Part shown: positions 17,751-29,048 of the stretch, one piece after another
Layout: every line of letters starts with the position of its first letter
How positions within the stretch are numbered: the first letter of the stretch is position 1
NCBI RefSeq assembly: GCF_000186885.1
Contig: NC_014972.1
Coordinates: 3,000,001 to 3,032,000, forward strand
Reading direction: 5' to 3'
Source of the DNA: Desulfobulbus propionicus DSM 2032
Lineage (GTDB): Bacteria; Desulfobacterota; Desulfobulbia; Desulfobulbales; Desulfobulbaceae
Length of the DNA: 32,000 bases
Position numbers and translations under genes: made by a program
The notes under the pieces: generated by a model
What the model was told of the DNA's origin: nothing
The model's database searches: none
The model's input: the letters and a program-made list of their open reading frames with translations, nothing else

Positions 17751-17782
17751 AAAAAGGCTGCCTTTTCAGGCAGCCTTTTTTT
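17751..17782. terminator. Bidirectional rho-independent terminator (dsrC on + ; Zn-ribbon gene/ligA operon on -)
   Basis: AAAAAGGCTGCC-TTTTCA-GGCAGCCTTTTTTT. A perfect GC-rich stem is flanked by an A-run and a T-run, so it reads as hairpin plus U-tract on both strands. Confidence 0.8.
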
Positions 17783-17835
17783 ATGCCCACTGCGATCCTT
17801 CCCTAAAAACGTTTTCTAAAAAAACGGCTCGCCGA

Positions 17836-18087
17836 CTAAAAGGACATTTCCAGAAAGTGGGCATGAAACCGGGTCATATCCTGGCCGCATTTGCCACAGA
17901 TGAACTTCACGTCCCCATAAATCTCTGTCGTGTTTTCTTGAGGGGTAAACGATCCATCACCATTTTGCAGATAATGGGTCGTCACCAGGACATTCTCGGC
18001 AATCTCAACAAAATTCTTATTGTTGCCGCACTGCGGACAAACAATGCGTCCTGCGGGCTCACCGGTCGGAACATGGACTTTTTTCAT
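17836..18087 (-). CDS. Small zinc-ribbon protein (83 aa), unknown function
   Basis: Two CxxC knuckles (CPQCG ... CGKCG) lie 43 residues apart, and the frame is clean. It is the last gene of the same-strand 4-OT/ligA/acyP cluster. No clear SD. Confidence 0.6.
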   Translation of the reverse strand: MKKVHVPTGEPAGRIVCPQCGNNKNFVEIAENVLVTTHYLQNGDGSFTPQENTTEIYGDVKFICGKCGQDMTRFHAHFLEMSF

Positions 18088-18161
18088 AGAATTCTATCTG
18101 GTTGAACGGCACATCACATCGCCCTCTCCTGCGGAGAACAGGCTGCGGTTATCGCCTATGA

Positions 18162-18448
18162 TCACGAAGCATACCAAATGACAAAAGGATCATCCGTCTT
18201 CCCTTGCAGCAAGGTTTCATTATATTCGACATGGGTCACGCGAGATAAGGGAGAACCGATGGACAACCACGCGAGCAACAAATCGACGTTGTCTGCTGCG
18301 CCCTCGCACTGTACCTCCACTGTCCCATCCGGCAAGTTTCTCACCCACCCGGAAAGTCCAAGCCGCATGGCCTCCCTGCGTGTGTACTCGCGAAAAGCGA
18401 CCCGTTGCACTCGTCCATGCACCCGGGCGTGAATTCTTTTTCGTTCCA

Positions 18449-18449
<1 letters not shown>
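18162..18449 (-). CDS. acyP: Acylphosphatase
   Basis: 95 aa with the signature VHGRVQRVAFREYTRREA...GWVRNLPDGTVEV. Its ATG overlaps the ligA stop by 1 nt (TAATG). Confidence 0.9.
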
Positions 18450-20464
<2,015 letters not shown>

Positions 20465-20650
20465 TCACATATCCTCGATCAACACACCGCCCTTGGCGAT
20501 ACTGTCACGGCTCTCCTCGTCAATAAAAAGCAGGATCGATTCCTTCGGTTTGCCCGCAGCCTCGGAAATCACATCCGTGACCCCTTTGGCGATTTTTTGT
20601 TTCTGCTCCTTGGTAAGCTTTCCAGCAACACGGATACTGACATAGGGCAT
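20465..20650 (-). CDS. 4-oxalocrotonate tautomerase family protein
   Basis: The 61-aa product MPYVSIRVAGKLTKEQKQKIAKGVTDVI... has the catalytic Pro-1 and a beta-alpha-beta layout. GGAGGTG SD is present. There is a 3-nt gap to the ligA start. Confidence 0.85.
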   Translation of the reverse strand: MPYVSIRVAGKLTKEQKQKIAKGVTDVISEAAGKPKESILLFIDEESRDSIAKGGVLIEDM

Positions 20651-20865
20651 AGGACCACCTCCACATTATAAAAGGATAAACGCGTGTTTTCCATGCAGTG
20701 CCTGCTGTGCCAGGAATCGAGGGGCAATGTCCCGGACAGCATTTCCTTTTTGCAAGACAAACACACTGAACACGGGTAAAAGATAGCAGAATTTCAGCAA
20801 GACGTCGATGAGGTTTCCGGGGCCCTGCTTCGCTTATCTCATGGGCACACAGGAGGAATGACAAG

Positions 20866-21897
20866 ATGAATGTGATCGTTACCGGGGGGGCCGGGTATAT
20901 TGGCAGCCATACCTGCCTGGAACTACTCAATGCCGGTTACCAGGTCACGGTCATTGACAACCTCTGCAATGCCAGCCGGGAATCGATCCGGCGAGTCGAG
21001 GCATTGACCGGCAAAGCCATCGCTTTCCACGAGGTTGACCTGTGCGACCTCGACGCTCTTCGTGCGGTTTTCAGGCGCACCCCTGAGGCCAAGGCGGTCA
21101 TTCATTTCGCGGGTCTGAAGGCGGTTGGTGAATCTGTGCAGCATCCCTTGCGCTACTATCGCAACAATCTCGATTCCACCCTCAATCTCTGCCAAGCAAT
21201 GCGGGAACATGGGGTGACGGACGTGGTTTTTTCCTCTTCGGCCACGGTCTATGGCGATCCGGCCTCTGTCCCTATCCGGGAGGATTTTCCGCTTTCCTGT
21301 ACTAACCCGTATGGGCGGACCAAATTGATGATCGAGGAAATACTACGCGATCTACAGATTGCCGATCCGCAGTGGAACGTGATCCTGCTGCGCTATTTCA
21401 ATCCGGTCGGGGCCCATAAAAGCGGTCGGATCGGCGAGGATCCCAACGGAATTCCCAACAATCTGGTGCCGTACATCGCCCAGGTGGCCATCGGCAAGTT
21501 GCGGGAGCTCTCTGTTTTTGGCGGCGATTACCCCACCCCGGACGGTACCGGTGTCCGCGACTACATCCATGTGGTGGATCTGGCGCTCGGCCATTTGCGG
21601 GCACTGGAAAAACTTCGGCAACGACCGGGAATCGCTGTGTATAATCTGGGAACCGGACAGGGGTACTCCGTGCTTGAGATGGTCACGGCCTTTGCCCAGG
21701 CCTGTGGGCGGCCTATTCCCCATCGGATTATCGGTCGCCGCCCCGGCGATATTGCGAGATGCTATGCCGACCCAACGCTGGCCTGGCATGAATTGGGGTG
21801 GCGCGCTCAGTGCGGACTTGCGGAAATGTGCGAGGATACGTGGCGGTGGCAGGCGGCCAACCCCGAAGGATACAACGAAACCATGTCCCCCATGTAA
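20866..21897 (+). CDS. galE: UDP-glucose 4-epimerase
   Basis: [14 protein letters not shown] motif, SSSATVYG, and YGRTK (YxxxK). 343 aa, with an AGGAGG SD. Confidence 0.93.
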   Translation: MNVIVTGGAGYIGSHTCLELLNAGYQVTVIDNLCNASRESIRRVEALTGKAIAFHEVDLCDLDALRAVFRRTPEAKAVIHFAGLKAVGESVQHPLRYYRNNLDSTLNLCQAMREHGVTDVVFSSSATVYGDPASVPIREDFPLSCTNPYGRTKLMIEEILRDLQIADPQWNVILLRYFNPVGAHKSGRIGEDPNGIPNNLVPYIAQVAIGKLRELSVFGGDYPTPDGTGVRDYIHVVDLALGHLRALEKLRQRPGIAVYNLGTGQGYSVLEMVTAFAQACGRPIPHRIIGRRPGDIARCYADPTLAWHELGWRAQCGLAEMCEDTWRWQAANPEGYNETMSPM

Positions 21898-21911
21898 CCT
21901 CCCCCTTGCAG

Positions 21912-22286
21912 CTAGTAGCCGCTGGCGATGATCAGGCTAGCGCCCTGCCGCTTGGCGAAGGTGTGTTTTTCCTTGCCTTTCCAGGTATACTCCACCCATT
22001 TTCCCTCGGGGGTGGCATTGAGCAACGCCTCAAAAATCGGCATGGCCTTGTCTTTCAAGTTTTCTCCGGCAAGGGTCGGATGGACAAGCAACGTGCCGTT
22101 GATTTCCATGACAAACACATACGGCGTATAAGCATCCGCCGCAAAACTTGAGGCATCCTTGCCCGCTTCAATGGCGGTCGCTAGTTCGTTGACGTTTTTC
22201 TCAATCGCCATCCGGTCCTCAGCCATAACATTGGCGACCAGGAAAAGCACGATCATCAGCAGCAGAAGATATGGTTGTCGATTCAT
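21912..22286 (-). CDS. Secreted stand-alone single-Cache (sCache_2-like) domain protein
   Basis: ATG at 22286 with GGAAAGGAGAG SD and signal peptide MNRQPYLLLLMIVLFLVANVMA. Cache-like core: YVFVMEINGTLLVHPTLAGENL...GKWVEYTWKGKEKHTF...IIASGY. There is no TM or output domain. The track ORF is longer (207 aa). Confidence 0.7.
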   Translation of the reverse strand: MNRQPYLLLLMIVLFLVANVMAEDRMAIEKNVNELATAIEAGKDASSFAADAYTPYVFVMEINGTLLVHPTLAGENLKDKAMPIFEALLNATPEGKWVEYTWKGKEKHTFAKRQGASLIIASGY

Positions 22287-22574
22287 CGTCTCTCCTTTCC
22301 TGTACGATTCAGTTCGAGTTGTCAGACTTGGTGGAACGTTTCCGGCGTCATCACAGATGGACGAGCGTCCAAATGTGAATCGTGCACCAACAAAATCAAG
22401 GTCCTGGGGCGAGGGACCAGATTGGTTTTCGCATTTTTTCCTATCCGGAGCGGAAACCGTTATGGTATGTCGAATGCGGATATTTCTTGAGGTTATACCG
22501 ATGGTTCCTTCGAATGGCAAGACTCTTTTCATCAATCAAATCAATGAACAAACAGAATAGGCACTGCCGACACC

Positions 22575-23300
22575 ATGAGCGAGGATACCCTGTACTCCAG
22601 CGGTGAAGTCGAGGAAGACTTTACCTTCAACGATCGGGTGGCCGAGGTCTTCGACGACATGCTCAGCCGCTCTATTCCCTATTACCGCACGGTAATAGAC
22701 GGCATGGCGCAACTGCTTGCCTGCAGGCTGCCGGGGGGCGGAACCCTCTATGACTTGGGCTGCTCCACCGGCACCACCTTGCTGGAACTATGCCGTCGAC
22801 TGCCGGAGAGGCAATTCCACTACATCGGTATCGACAATGCCCCATCTATGCTCGATAAGGCGCGAAAGAAGAGTGCCATGTTCGGCAAGCGCACGGTACT
22901 CCAATTCATACAAGACGACATCACTTCCTGTCCCCTGCCCTCTGCCTCGGCCATCATTTGCAACTATACCTTGCAATTTCTCCGCCCCATGACCCGCCAG
23001 GCCTTTGTCGACCGGATTCACGCCGCCCTGCCCGCTGGAGGGATTTTTTTTCTCAGCGAAAAAACCATTTCCCATGCCGGACGGCTGAACCGCGATTTCA
23101 TCGAAATCTATCATGCCTTCAAGAAGCAACAGGGCTACTCCGAACTGGAAATCGCCGCCAAGCGCGAGGCCCTGGAAAATGTGCTCATCCCCTTTTCCCT
23201 GGACGAAAACATCGCCCTGTTACGCCATGCAGGATTCGATGAGATCGAAACCTATTTCAAGTGGTTCAACTTTACCGCTCTTGTGGCCCTGAAACGATAA
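22575..23300 (+). CDS. cmoA: Carboxy-S-adenosyl-L-methionine synthase
   Basis: Collinear with E. coli CmoA as I recall it: FTFNDRVAEVFDDMLSRSIPYY, YDLGCSTG, NYTLQFL, QQGYSELEIAAKREALENV, WFNFTALVALKR. Confidence 0.9.
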   Translation: MSEDTLYSSGEVEEDFTFNDRVAEVFDDMLSRSIPYYRTVIDGMAQLLACRLPGGGTLYDLGCSTGTTLLELCRRLPERQFHYIGIDNAPSMLDKARKKSAMFGKRTVLQFIQDDITSCPLPSASAIICNYTLQFLRPMTRQAFVDRIHAALPAGGIFFLSEKTISHAGRLNRDFIEIYHAFKKQQGYSELEIAAKREALENVLIPFSLDENIALLRHAGFDEIETYFKWFNFTALVALKR

Positions 23301-23303
23301 TCC

Positions 23304-24257
23304 ATGGATCTACTCGAACATTTTCAAGACGCGAAAAGGGATCCCCTCCGGCGTCTGCTCGCCGAAAAATCAGCGTGGTTCAGCCAGGATAAAAAGGGGT
23401 TTCTACGCTATCGCCTCCCCTTGCGGTCGGTACAAGATTTGCGTGCGTCATCCTGTGATTTTTCCGGCGATGTGGTGCGCATTGGCACGGCTGACGATCT
23501 GAGCGCAGACGATCATGCCCGGGTTCATCAGATCCTGCGCGGTTTAATGCCGTGGCGCAAAGGCCCTTTCTCTGTCTTCGGCATCGACATCGACGCCGAG
23601 TGGCGGAGTGAGCGCAAGTGGAACCGCCTCGTTCCGGAACTGCCCGCCCTGGCCGGCAAGATGGTGGCTGATATCGGCTGCAACAACGGCTACTACATGT
23701 TCCGCATGGCCCCGTACCAGCCGACCATGGTCCTTGGTTTCGAGCCCTATGTCCATCACTACTACACCTTCAACATCCTCAACACCTTCGCCCAACAACC
23801 AAACCTCCGGGCGGAGCCGCTGGGCATCGAGCACCTTGCCCTTTTCCCTGAATGTTTCGACGTTATATTTTGCCTGGGCATTCTTTACCACCGCCCCTCA
23901 CCACTGGAGGCGTTACGTGATCTGCACTCCGCCCTGCGTCCCGGAGGCATTTTGCTTGTCGAATCGCAAGCCATCGCTGGTAATGACCCTGTGGCCCTGT
24001 TTCCCGCCCACACTTATGCCAAGGTTCCCGGAACCTGGTTTGTCCCCACCGCCACCTGCCTCCACAATTGGCTGACGAGAACAGGGTTTACCGAGGTCCG
24101 GCTCTTTTGTGATCACGCCATGAGTAGTGCGGAACAAAGGCGAACCGCCTGGATGGAATTTGAATCCTACCAAGATTTCATTGACAAGGATAATCCCGCG
24201 CTTACTATAGAAGGGTATCCGGCACCCCGCCGAGTGTTCTTCAAGGCAAAAAAATAA
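23304..24257 (+). CDS. cmoB: tRNA U34 carboxymethyltransferase
   Basis: LMPWRKGPFSVFGIDIDAEWRSERKWNRL, DIGCNNGYYMFRM, LGILYHRPSPLEAL, EGYPAPRRVFFKAKK. It starts 3 nt after the cmoA stop. Confidence 0.9.
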   Translation: MDLLEHFQDAKRDPLRRLLAEKSAWFSQDKKGFLRYRLPLRSVQDLRASSCDFSGDVVRIGTADDLSADDHARVHQILRGLMPWRKGPFSVFGIDIDAEWRSERKWNRLVPELPALAGKMVADIGCNNGYYMFRMAPYQPTMVLGFEPYVHHYYTFNILNTFAQQPNLRAEPLGIEHLALFPECFDVIFCLGILYHRPSPLEALRDLHSALRPGGILLVESQAIAGNDPVALFPAHTYAKVPGTWFVPTATCLHNWLTRTGFTEVRLFCDHAMSSAEQRRTAWMEFESYQDFIDKDNPALTIEGYPAPRRVFFKAKK

Positions 24258-24345
24258 CCGCGAGTACAACAGGTTATTGCAACCACTATCTCCGGCTGCA
24301 CCACAGCAGCCATTCAATCGCATAACGAACAAACAGGATGAATCA

Positions 24346-24897
24346 ATGATGAATGCAAAAGACTGCACATTGTACCACGGCGGCCTGAAAGGGGCTGAAT
24401 CGGTTTTTGGTGAGAACGCCGAGAAATATGGCGTGCACGAGGTGGTTTTCACGTTTGCAGGACACCGGCTTAATCGCGACCGTAACGCGACGATTTTGAG
24501 CGAGGAGGAGTTGCAACGGGGCGATATCAGCATGGAACTCGCCTCGCGGATGATGAATCGGACCTATTATGAAACTGAAAAAATCCGCAGGGTTTTACAA
24601 ACAATCTTTCACATGGTCAACAAGGGCCATCAGGTCTTTGTCGTCGGCACCATTCTTGACGATAATTCCGTCAAAGGCGGAACCGGCTGGGCAGTGGAAT
24701 TGGCAAAACTGTTCAATCGCCCCCTGCATGTCTACGACCAACCCCGCAGCCAATGGTTCACCTGGAAGGAAGGCGCCTGGAAGGAAGATTCTCCCCGAAT
24801 TTGTTACAGCACCTTTGTCGGTTCAGGAACCCGCTATCTCAGCGACGATGGCATCGCCGCCATCAACCAACTGTTTGTCGACAGCTTCGCCAATTAA
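24346..24897 (+). CDS. Hypothetical protein, SLOG-superfamily-like Rossmannoid (YpsA / putative Mo-cofactor-carrier-like)
   Basis: ATG at 24346 with an AGGA SD; the track start at 24277 is a TTG. Motifs LYHGGLKGAESVFGENAEKYG and VFVVGTILDDNSVKGGTGWAVELAKLFNRPLHVYD resemble the GGxxGxD...A...G and GGT...A...kP pair of SLOG/YpsA-type proteins. It has its own terminator. Confidence 0.6.
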   Translation: MMNAKDCTLYHGGLKGAESVFGENAEKYGVHEVVFTFAGHRLNRDRNATILSEEELQRGDISMELASRMMNRTYYETEKIRRVLQTIFHMVNKGHQVFVVGTILDDNSVKGGTGWAVELAKLFNRPLHVYDQPRSQWFTWKEGAWKEDSPRICYSTFVGSGTRYLSDDGIAAINQLFVDSFAN

Positions 24898-24932
24898 CCC
24901 CGCTTTCTTTTTGACCAACCGAACCCATCGAC

Positions 24933-24992
24933 ACGCCTCTTCACGCTTCCACCTGGTACCGCGAGCGTGAGGAGGCGTTTTTGCTTGTTTTT
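24933..24992 (+). terminator. Rho-independent terminator after the SLOG-like gene
   Basis: ACGCCTCTTCACGCT (24933..24947) pairs with AGCGTGAGGAGGCGT (24964..24978), with one G-U pair, and is followed by TTTTTGCTTGTTTTTG. Confidence 0.65.
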
Positions 24993-24997
24993 GTCGA

Positions 24998-26389
24998 TCA
25001 TTTTCCAATACAAAACTGGCTGAATACGACATCAAGAACATCGTCAGGCGTTGTCAGCCCAACGATATCCCCCAGGTGATCAAGGGCGGACTGCACCTCC
25101 ACCGCCAGTAGATCCACGGGTGCGGCCATTGCCATGGCCGCCTCAAATCCTCGGCAAGCCGTCAGGGTCTTGTGTAAAATCGATCGGTGCCGGGTGTTGG
25201 GCGCGCAGGTCATCCGTTCGCACAGTTCCGCACCATCGCCGATGATTGCCTGATAAACCGCCTCTTGGAGTTCGTCGATCCCCTCTTGTTGCTTGGCTGA
25301 AATGGCCACCACCTTCTTTCCGGAAAACCGAGAGAAAATCGAAGCGATCTGTTCCTTAGTGGCCAGATCACGTTTGTTGACGACAATCACATGCGGCTTA
25401 TTGCCCAGCGACCGATACAATTCTTCATCGGTCTCCCGCCAGCCGACCTGCGCATCCACCAAAAAAAGTACCAGATCGGCCTGTTCCACCTTCTGTCGAG
25501 CCCGCTCAATGCCCAAAGCCTCGACAGGATCGTGATGCAGACGGATGCCGGCGGTGTCCACGAGGTGGAGAGGAATGCCCCGGATGGCGATTCGCTCCTC
25601 GATGGTGTCCCGCGTTGTTCCCGGCAGTGGAGTGACCAAGGCCCGCTCCTCCTGAAGTAGCGTGTTGAGCAGACTCGATTTACCGACATTCGGTTGACCG
25701 GTGATGACCACCTTAACGCCTTCCCGAACGATTTTACCCTGCTCGGCCATGGCGATGAGCCGTTCAAGCGGCCCGATGAGATGCGTTTGCAACTGATCCT
25801 GGATCTGTTGCGCAGCAAAAATCTCCGCATCCTCGTCCGGAAAGTCGATGGCCACTTCCAGCACGGCAAGAATGGAGAGCAAGTGGTCACGAATCTGTTC
25901 GAGTTCAGCGAACAGTGCTCCTCGCAACTGATTGACGGCCAACAGCGCCCCTTTTTCGGTCTGAGCCTGCAACAAATCAACCACGGCCTCGGCCCGGGTC
26001 AGATCGATACGGCCGGCGAGAAAGGCCCGCTTGGTGAATTCACCAGGGTCGGCGGGCCGGGCTCCACGCTCAAACACTGTTCGGAGAATTTCCTGAAGAA
26101 CGAGATAGGACCCGTGACACTGCAACTCAACCACATCTTCACGGGTATAGGTATGCGGGGCACGCATATACACGGCCAGGGCCTCGTCGAGAACCTGGCC
26201 CGCGCGATTCATGACGGTGCCGTAATAAAGTTGGTGGCTAGTAAAATGGGAATGGGGTTTATGGGAAACGAACAATTGACGCAAAAGCGTCAGGGCCTCC
26301 GGCCCGGAGATGCGGATTATGCCGATTCCACCGGTTCCCGGAGCGGTGGCGATGGCGGCGATGGTATCATTCGCCCGATGGACGGCCAC
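24998..26389 (-). CDS. mnmE: tRNA modification GTPase MnmE
   Basis: GTG start at 26389 with GGGGAGG SD. Motifs: DTIAAIATAPGTGGIGIIRISG, G1 GQPNVGKSSL, DTAG, NKRD, and the C-terminal FCIGK. Confidence 0.95.
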   Translation of the reverse strand: MAVHRANDTIAAIATAPGTGGIGIIRISGPEALTLLRQLFVSHKPHSHFTSHQLYYGTVMNRAGQVLDEALAVYMRAPHTYTREDVVELQCHGSYLVLQEILRTVFERGARPADPGEFTKRAFLAGRIDLTRAEAVVDLLQAQTEKGALLAVNQLRGALFAELEQIRDHLLSILAVLEVAIDFPDEDAEIFAAQQIQDQLQTHLIGPLERLIAMAEQGKIVREGVKVVITGQPNVGKSSLLNTLLQEERALVTPLPGTTRDTIEERIAIRGIPLHLVDTAGIRLHHDPVEALGIERARQKVEQADLVLFLVDAQVGWRETDEELYRSLGNKPHVIVVNKRDLATKEQIASIFSRFSGKKVVAISAKQQEGIDELQEAVYQAIIGDGAELCERMTCAPNTRHRSILHKTLTACRGFEAAMAMAAPVDLLAVEVQSALDHLGDIVGLTTPDDVLDVVFSQFCIGK

Positions 26390-27305
26390 CTTGTCCTCCC
26401 CGTCGCTTTTTCGCCACCGGTCGGCGTCCTTTGCCGGGTTTGTAGATCAGGACTTTTTTGAACAATCCTTCGCCCACCGACCGACTGCGAACCCCTTTAT
26501 CCTCCTGGAGGACCATGTGCACGACACGACGCTCCGAGGGGTTGAGAGCCGGGATGGCCTGCGTCTTGCCATCCGCCTTTACCAGCTCGGCCAACTGGAC
26601 CGCCCGCGCCTTCAACTCTTCCGCTCGCCGCTCGCGAAAATCACCGACATTCAAAGCAAGCATGATTCGGTCGGGCAAGTGGCGGGAAACCATTTTGCGC
26701 AGCAAATATTGCAAGCTATCCAAAGTACGCCCCTCGGGACCGACGATGTGCTCCTCATGCGCCCCTGAAATGTGGCACTGGACCGTGTTGTCCTCATAGC
26801 TCACTCGGACTTCCGATGGCAGCCTCATCAGGGTCAGCAATTGGTGCAGATCTTCTTGGATTGCGCCCAGATTTTCTGCCGAGGGCGGTTCAAAGGCAAT
26901 GTCCTCTTCGAATGATTCCACATCGCCATCGGCCCCCTCCTCCCCCGCTTCTTCCTGTGGCCGTGCTTGCTCCTCAACCACTTTCGCCATTTCCGCCGGC
27001 CTGGCAACTCGTTCGACCGCCGCCACCGCCTCCACGGTTTGCGGCTCGTCGCTCGTCGACGGTGCGGCCTCCTCCTCGGTCTTGACAGGGGTGGCGGGAA
27101 CGGGGGGGGCGATCTCCGCCGAGAGTGGGACGGCCTTTCGTTGCACACGAATGTGGGCTTTTTTCTTGCAAAGGCCGAAAATGCCGGCTGATCCGGTCTC
27201 CAGGACCTCGATGTCAAGATCCTCCCGGGAGGCCCCTATCTCCCGACATGCCTGTTCAATTACTTCCGCAATATCCTTGCCGTAAAAATCTTTTTCCTTT
27301 GCCAT
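26367..27305 (-). CDS. jag: RNA-binding protein Jag/KhpB (Jag_N + KH + R3H)
   Basis: ATG at 27305 (MAKEKDFYGKDIAEVIEQACREIG); the track start at 27311 is a GTG. It has a long acidic linker, then KH/R3H modules (MLALNVGDFRERR..., NPSERRVVHMVLQ). The 3' end overlaps the mnmE start by 23 nt. Confidence 0.88.
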   Translation of the reverse strand: MAKEKDFYGKDIAEVIEQACREIGASREDLDIEVLETGSAGIFGLCKKKAHIRVQRKAVPLSAEIAPPVPATPVKTEEEAAPSTSDEPQTVEAVAAVERVARPAEMAKVVEEQARPQEEAGEEGADGDVESFEEDIAFEPPSAENLGAIQEDLHQLLTLMRLPSEVRVSYEDNTVQCHISGAHEEHIVGPEGRTLDSLQYLLRKMVSRHLPDRIMLALNVGDFRERRAEELKARAVQLAELVKADGKTQAIPALNPSERRVVHMVLQEDKGVRSRSVGEGLFKKVLIYKPGKGRRPVAKKRRGGQGGRPSGE

Positions 27306-27329
27306 GTGCACCGTTCCTACACCAGAGGT

Positions 27330-28979
27330 TCACGCCTTGTTCTGCCGATTGATGAGATATTGCTGCAAAATGGAAAGCAGGTTATTGACAAACCAGTACA
27401 GTACCAGGCCCGATGCAAAATTAATAAACATGAAAGTGAAGACTATCGGCAAGAATTGCATGATGCGCGCCTGGGTTGGATCCGCGGTGGTCGGCGTCAT
27501 CTTTTGTTGCAGATACATGGAAGCGCCCATCAGCAGGGTCAGGATCGGAATGCCATGGAGATAGGGAATGTCGAACCCTATCCACAGTCTGTCGGGAGCG
27601 GACAAATCATTGATCCACAGCATGAAGGGGGCATGGCGCAATTCGATGGCGGCCATCAATACCCGGTACAGGGCGAAAAAGAAGGGAATCTGAATCAGCA
27701 TCGGCAAACAACCGCCGACAGGATTGACCTTGTAGGTTTTGTACAGGGTCATCATCTCCTGATTCATCTTGGCCGGATCATCCTTGAACCGCTCCCGCAG
27801 CTTGGCAATTTTGGGCTGCAATTTCTGCATGTTTTTCATGGACTTCATCCCCTTTTGGGTGATGGGCCAGAAAATGAGCTTGATCAGGATAGTGAGGAGA
27901 ATGATGGCGACGCCGTAGTTATGGCTGAACTGATGGAAAAAATTGAGCAACCAAAGCATGGGCTTGGCCAAGACATCAAACCAGCCGAAATCCACGGCCT
28001 TGGCCAAGTCGCTGCCTGCGGTTTGGAGAACCTGGAGCTTTTTGGGGCCGAAATACAGTGTGTAGGCAAAAGATTTGCCTTCATGGGGCCCGATTGTCTG
28101 AATGCCTTCCGAAAGAACCGTCCGTACCTGCTGTTCCGATCCCTGCAGGGTAATGGTGCGGCCATTGCCGACTGCCGGTGCCACGGTGGTCATGAAATAG
28201 TTGTCGACATACCCTGTCCAGCTCACCTTGCCCTGGAGAACCACCGGCGCCTCGGTCAGCTTTTTCGCCTTGGTTTCGACCAATTTTTCGTTCACATAGG
28301 CAGCCGGCCCGGCAAAGAGATACTTGCTGGTTTCACTGGCATGGGCAAACGGTTCGTTGACCATGGTCAGGGCGGGTGAAACCTGAACAGGCCGATCGGT
28401 GGTGTTGCTGACCTTATATTCAACATTGATCAGATAGCTGTCGCCTCGAAATGTCAGAGTACGGACAATCGCTATCCCGTCGGCCAGGGCCGCCGTCATG
28501 GTCAACGTCCCGGTATCTCCTTGATTGGTGAGGGTCACGGCATTTTTGTCCGCCGTGTAGGTCGGCAAGACCGTGCCCGCTCCATTATCCAAGGAGAACA
28601 GGACAGGCGCATCCGCTGGCCCCTTGCCGATGATCAGCTGCATCGGACCCGCGTCTTCCGCATTCGTGCTCCGGTAGCTCTTCAGAACAAACCCCTTCAC
28701 GCCCCCGCCCTGTTCATTGATCACCGCTGTGTACAACGGGGTGTCCACGGTGACATCGTGAGCGAGAGGGTCGACGGCAACCGTGGATGGAGTTGCGGCG
28801 ATACCGGTCGCGGCGGCGGGTGCCCCACCGGCTGTCTGCTGGTTGGCGGAGGAGGCAGCCTGCGTGGCCTGTCCAGGGGCCTGCGGTTGGGGAGGAACGG
28901 GCTTGACAAAGAAATACTGATACCCGATCAAAATGAGAAAGGAGAGGACAATGGCCAAAAAGGCTCTGTAAAGATCCAT
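27330..28979 (-). CDS. yidC: Membrane protein insertase YidC
   Basis: 549 aa with an N-terminal TM, a large periplasmic beta-domain and a conserved C-terminal core (GVAIILLTILIKLIFWPIT, GCLPMLIQIPFFFALY, NLLSILQQ). Confidence 0.95.
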   Translation of the reverse strand: MDLYRAFLAIVLSFLILIGYQYFFVKPVPPQPQAPGQATQAASSANQQTAGGAPAAATGIAATPSTVAVDPLAHDVTVDTPLYTAVINEQGGGVKGFVLKSYRSTNAEDAGPMQLIIGKGPADAPVLFSLDNGAGTVLPTYTADKNAVTLTNQGDTGTLTMTAALADGIAIVRTLTFRGDSYLINVEYKVSNTTDRPVQVSPALTMVNEPFAHASETSKYLFAGPAAYVNEKLVETKAKKLTEAPVVLQGKVSWTGYVDNYFMTTVAPAVGNGRTITLQGSEQQVRTVLSEGIQTIGPHEGKSFAYTLYFGPKKLQVLQTAGSDLAKAVDFGWFDVLAKPMLWLLNFFHQFSHNYGVAIILLTILIKLIFWPITQKGMKSMKNMQKLQPKIAKLRERFKDDPAKMNQEMMTLYKTYKVNPVGGCLPMLIQIPFFFALYRVLMAAIELRHAPFMLWINDLSAPDRLWIGFDIPYLHGIPILTLLMGASMYLQQKMTPTTADPTQARIMQFLPIVFTFMFINFASGLVLYWFVNNLLSILQQYLINRQNKA

Positions 28980-29048
28980 GTCATGTACCTTGGGGTGCCT
29001 CTATGTGCAGAGGTGTTGACTGAAAATGACGCATCCCGCTCTCACGCC

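Noticed and set aside
20665-20670. A perfect TATAAT (minus strand) lies just upstream of the 4-OT tautomerase gene.
   Set aside because: It ends only 2 nt before the GGAGGTG SD, so a transcript from it would start inside the SD. The -35 (TGGAAA) is also weak. It is not reported as a promoter.
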